Assembly (NCBI GenBank): GCA_036676605.1
Contig: JAKFCO010000011.1
Span: 39,933 to 103,932, forward strand
Direction of reading: 5' to 3'
Length of the DNA: 64,000 nucleotides
From: Algoriphagus sp.
GTDB lineage: Bacteria; Bacteroidota; Bacteroidia; Cytophagales; Cyclobacteriaceae
Part shown: positions 61,198-64,000 of the stretch, piece by piece
How positions within the stretch are numbered: the first letter of the stretch is position 1
Layout: each line of letters begins with the position of its first letter
Notes under the pieces: model-generated
Told to the model about the DNA's origin: nothing
Databases searched by the model: none
What the model saw: the letters and a program-made list of their open reading frames with translations, nothing else
Position numbers and translations under genes: made by a program

Positions 61198-61785
61198 ATG
61201 AAGAATTGGAAGTCTTTTATGATCCAGGGAATCGCCGTTTTCCTTGGCTTTACCTTTTGGGGTGCAGGCATGGTAAAACTTTTTAGTGAACACCAATTTG
61301 TTGGTTGGATCGGTCCTCCCTGGCTGGTGGAAGAAATGGCAAAATATAACCTCGCCCTTTATGCAACCTTCATAGCTTATAGTCAGATTTTCATCGGTTT
61401 TTCGCTCCTTACTACCAGATATAAACTCCTCGGAAGCATCCTGATGATCCCAATGATCGTCAATATTTTGATGGTGACGATTTCACTTGAATGGCAGGGA
61501 ACTCCGTTTGTTTTGGCTTTTTTACTCTTACTTGATTTGATTTTACTTTGGCAATACAGGGATTTCTTTCGTCCATTAATTGAGGAAAGTTTCAAAATTT
61601 CTGAAGTCAAACCCAGAAATCCCCGAAGCCTGAACGGACATTTGGTTTGGCTAGCCGGACTGGGACTTCAGATTTTGGCAGTTCCGGTTTCCTTCTGGAA
61701 TTGGTATACTGCCTGCGCGATCGTTTTTGCGGGATTAATTCTGGCCTTCTTAAGTATCAAAGCGGACCGAATCAATGCAGGTTAA
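61198..61785 (+). CDS. DoxX-like membrane protein
   Basis: Multiple TM segments, AGMVKL, QIFIGFSLL. Confidence 0.65.
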   Translation: MKNWKSFMIQGIAVFLGFTFWGAGMVKLFSEHQFVGWIGPPWLVEEMAKYNLALYATFIAYSQIFIGFSLLTTRYKLLGSILMIPMIVNILMVTISLEWQGTPFVLAFLLLLDLILLWQYRDFFRPLIEESFKISEVKPRNPRSLNGHLVWLAGLGLQILAVPVSFWNWYTACAIVFAGLILAFLSIKADRINAG

Positions 61786-61842
61786 TTCAATTCAGTATTT
61801 TCACCCTCCCTTAATTCCCTCAACTTATCCTGATCCTTCTTC

Positions 61843-62491
61843 ATGTCCGAACCCATTTTCACATTTTTCCTGATCCTTCATATCGCTGAAGGTTCGATTG
61901 GCCAATTAACCGGAATGCTTGTTCTGAGCTTGACTAAAGGCAAAAAACTTCACCTGGCTTTGGGAACACTCTTTGTCTTCGGAATGTGACTGCCGGAATT
62001 TCTTCCCTGGCATTGGCAATTATGCATCCCAACCCATTTCTGTTCATAATCGGCGCATTCACCTTGTACATGACCGGCACGGGAGTTGGATTCATCAAAT
62101 CAAAATTGTCCAACCCGACTCTGGCTCCGGTTGACCGGATACTTCAAGTCGGGATGGGGATCTCGGGAATTATTCTGATCGGCCGGGGTGCCAAACTCTT
62201 GTTTACCGGAAGCATGTTTGGCCTGGCGCTGATTACTTTTGGAGGAATAGGGATGTCGATGCTGGTGATAGATCTGAAGAAAACGGGCAAACCGGAGTCC
62301 GACAAACTTGCCTGTATCCAAATCCATATTCAGCGACTTTTAGGGGTTTCATCACATCATTTACCGCATTTTTGGCGGTCAATCTGGAATATATGCCTGA
62401 CCTTATTCCGGGATGGATGTATTGGATTCTTCCCACTGCATTCATCACTCCTCTGATCAGCTACTGGTCAAAAAAATACAAGAAATCTTAA
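61843..62491 (+). pseudogene. Membrane protein (DUF2306-like) with two frameshifts
   Basis: LILHIAEGSIG start; frameshifts near 61985 and 62345; continues FTAFLAVN...SYWSKKYKKS*. Confidence 0.7.
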
Positions 62492-62602
62492 TTTCTCCTG
62501 AGTTTTGGCGCTGGCCTCCGAGCTGCTTTTTACCTTTCTGTTTACTTTTTCTATCCTTCGAAAAACCGTAAATTCATCAACCAAAACTCTAAAAACAACA
62601 CT

Positions 62603-63034
62603 ATGAAAATCTATCCTTATCTCAACTTTGACGGGAAGGCCGAAGAGGCCATGGCCTTTTATCAATCAGTTCTCGGAGGTGAATTCGAAGGTGGAATCAA
62701 CTATTTTTCAGAAATCCCGGGAATGGATCTTCCCGAAGAAGAAAAAAATCGGGTCATGCACGTGAGTCTCAAAATCAGCGATCAAGTCAAAATCATGGCA
62801 AGCGATACCAGCCCAAGTATGGGGCATGTCTGGATCAAAGGAAACCACAATCACATCTCGCTTCACCCGGATACCAAAGAGGAAGGCGAGCGGCTTTTCA
62901 ATGGGCTATCCACCGGAGGCACAGTGGAAATGCCTTATGAAAAAGCCTTTTGGGGGTCTTATTATGGGAATTTCGAAGACAAATATGGCATCGGTTGGAT
63001 GGTCAACTATGAATTGAAGCCGGGAGAGGAATGA
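62603..63034 (+). CDS. VOC/PhnB family protein
   Basis: PYLNFDGKAEEAMAFY, VMHVSL, FWGSYYGNFEDKYGIGW. Confidence 0.92.
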   Translation: MKIYPYLNFDGKAEEAMAFYQSVLGGEFEGGINYFSEIPGMDLPEEEKNRVMHVSLKISDQVKIMASDTSPSMGHVWIKGNHNHISLHPDTKEEGERLFNGLSTGGTVEMPYEKAFWGSYYGNFEDKYGIGWMVNYELKPGEE

Positions 63035-63106
63035 AGGCTGAAATATGAAGGCTGAATTTCAACATTTCCTAAAAAATGATCTTCCATCCAAAATTGTGAA
63101 TAGTCA

Positions 63107-63153
63107 GAAAATAAAATTGGCACCCGCGAGATTGGGGTGCCAATTTTATTTTC
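63107..63153. terminator. Bidirectional terminator, 19-bp perfect stem
   Basis: GAAAATAAAATTGGCACCC-9nt-GGGTGCCAATTTTATTTTC between convergent genes. Confidence 0.9.
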
Positions 63154-63182
63154 ATTTCAAACTTCAGATTTCAAACTTCCAA

Positions 63183-64000
63183 CTATTTCATATAGGAATC
63201 TCTCACCGCTTTAAACTCGGAACTTTCTTTCCAGGATGGCCAAACAATTGAATTAGCGAGGTTTTTCCCAACGTTGTAAAGTATCTGAACATCATCTACC
63301 GCTCCGTCAAGATTCCACCTGGAAGCATCGTATTCGTCGGAAGGTTTGTGGTAATAGTTGGCAGTATATCCATCCTGAAGCTCTTTCCCATACTCTTTGC
63401 CTTTTTCGAAATGGTCAATTCCCGTTCCGATGTACAAAGCAGGAACACCGATTTTCGCAAAATTGAAGTGGTCGGATCGGAAATAATAGCCTGCAGAAGG
63501 AGTCGGTTCAGGAGCAGAGTATCTTCCCACTTTCTCCAATTCCACGTTCAGTAAATCCTCCATATCAGACTGACCGATTCCAATCAGCGACACATCTTTC
63601 ATTTTTCCATAAGGATTGATGCCATCCATATTGATGTTGGCAACGGTTTTTTCCTTCGGAAATATTGGATTTTGGGCATAGTAATTTGAACCCCAAAGTC
63701 CTTGCTCCTCAGCAGTCACTGATAAGAAAACGACAGTTCGAGCAGGCTGCTTGTCTGTTTTGAAAGCTTTGGCCAAAGCCAAAAGTGCTGCAGTTCCGGA
63801 TGCATTGTCCAAAGCGCCATTGTAAATGCTGTCACCAGTTTCGTCTGGCTTTCCAATTCCCAGGTGATCCCAATGAGCCGAGTAAATGATCACTTCTTCA
63901 GGCTTTTCTGCACCTGTGATTTTTGCTACCACATTTTGTGAAATCTGATATTTTGCCTCCACACCAATGGAAGTACTTGCTTTGAGATTCATCGGTACAG
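63183..64000 (-). CDS. M28 family metallopeptidase, 5' part outside window
   Basis: SAHWDH, GALDNASG, TAEEQG, RSDH, YHKPSD. Confidence 0.92.
   Translation of the reverse strand, partial: VPMNLKASTSIGVEAKYQISQNVVAKITGAEKPEEVIIYSAHWDHLGIGKPDETGDSIYNGALDNASGTAALLALAKAFKTDKQPARTVVFLSVTAEEQGLWGSNYYAQNPIFPKEKTVANINMDGINPYGKMKDVSLIGIGQSDMEDLLNVELEKVGRYSAPEPTPSAGYYFRSDHFNFAKIGVPALYIGTGIDHFEKGKEYGKELQDGYTANYYHKPSDEYDASRWNLDGAVDDVQILYNVGKNLANSIVWPSWKESSEFKAVRDSYMK

Noticed and set aside
1-64000. CRISPR array, tRNA, rRNA
   Set aside because: No regularly spaced repeat-spacer units or RNA gene signatures seen; the heptamer arrays and REP hairpins lack unique spacers

Overview
Bacteroidota chromosome segment. 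It is probably Cyclobacteriaceae/Algoriphagus-like; this is inferred from the protein set and a TAnnTTTG/TTTG promoter and was not checked by a database search. Left part (1-16.8 kb): ordinary housekeeping genes (hemC, rimK, holB, type B L31, MsbA-like ABC transporter, comM). Middle part (about 17.8-40.4 kb): a visibly AT-richer island without an integrase. It is bracketed by diverged copies of the comM 3' end, each followed by 7-nt repeats and a small ORF6N or RhuM gene. The island carries a near-complete gas vesicle cluster: gvpA, GvpC-like, gvpN, two more GvpA/J paralogs, five GvpL/F, gvpG, GvpO-like and gvpK. Interleaved with these are chaperone-type genes: DnaJ zinc finger, Hsp20, ArsA/Get3, Cdc48 and a J-domain GvpF. 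A sigma54 activator with a candidate -24/-12 promoter and PAS hybrid kinases flank the cluster. Several accessory genes are broken, but the structural core is intact. Right part (41-64 kb): hydrolases, a REP-rich intergenic region, a Bacteroidota-type kdpFABC-porin-kdpD-kinase locus with a sigma54 regulator, and small genes. No tRNA, rRNA, CRISPR array or integrase was recognised. All family calls come from motif recognition by eye.
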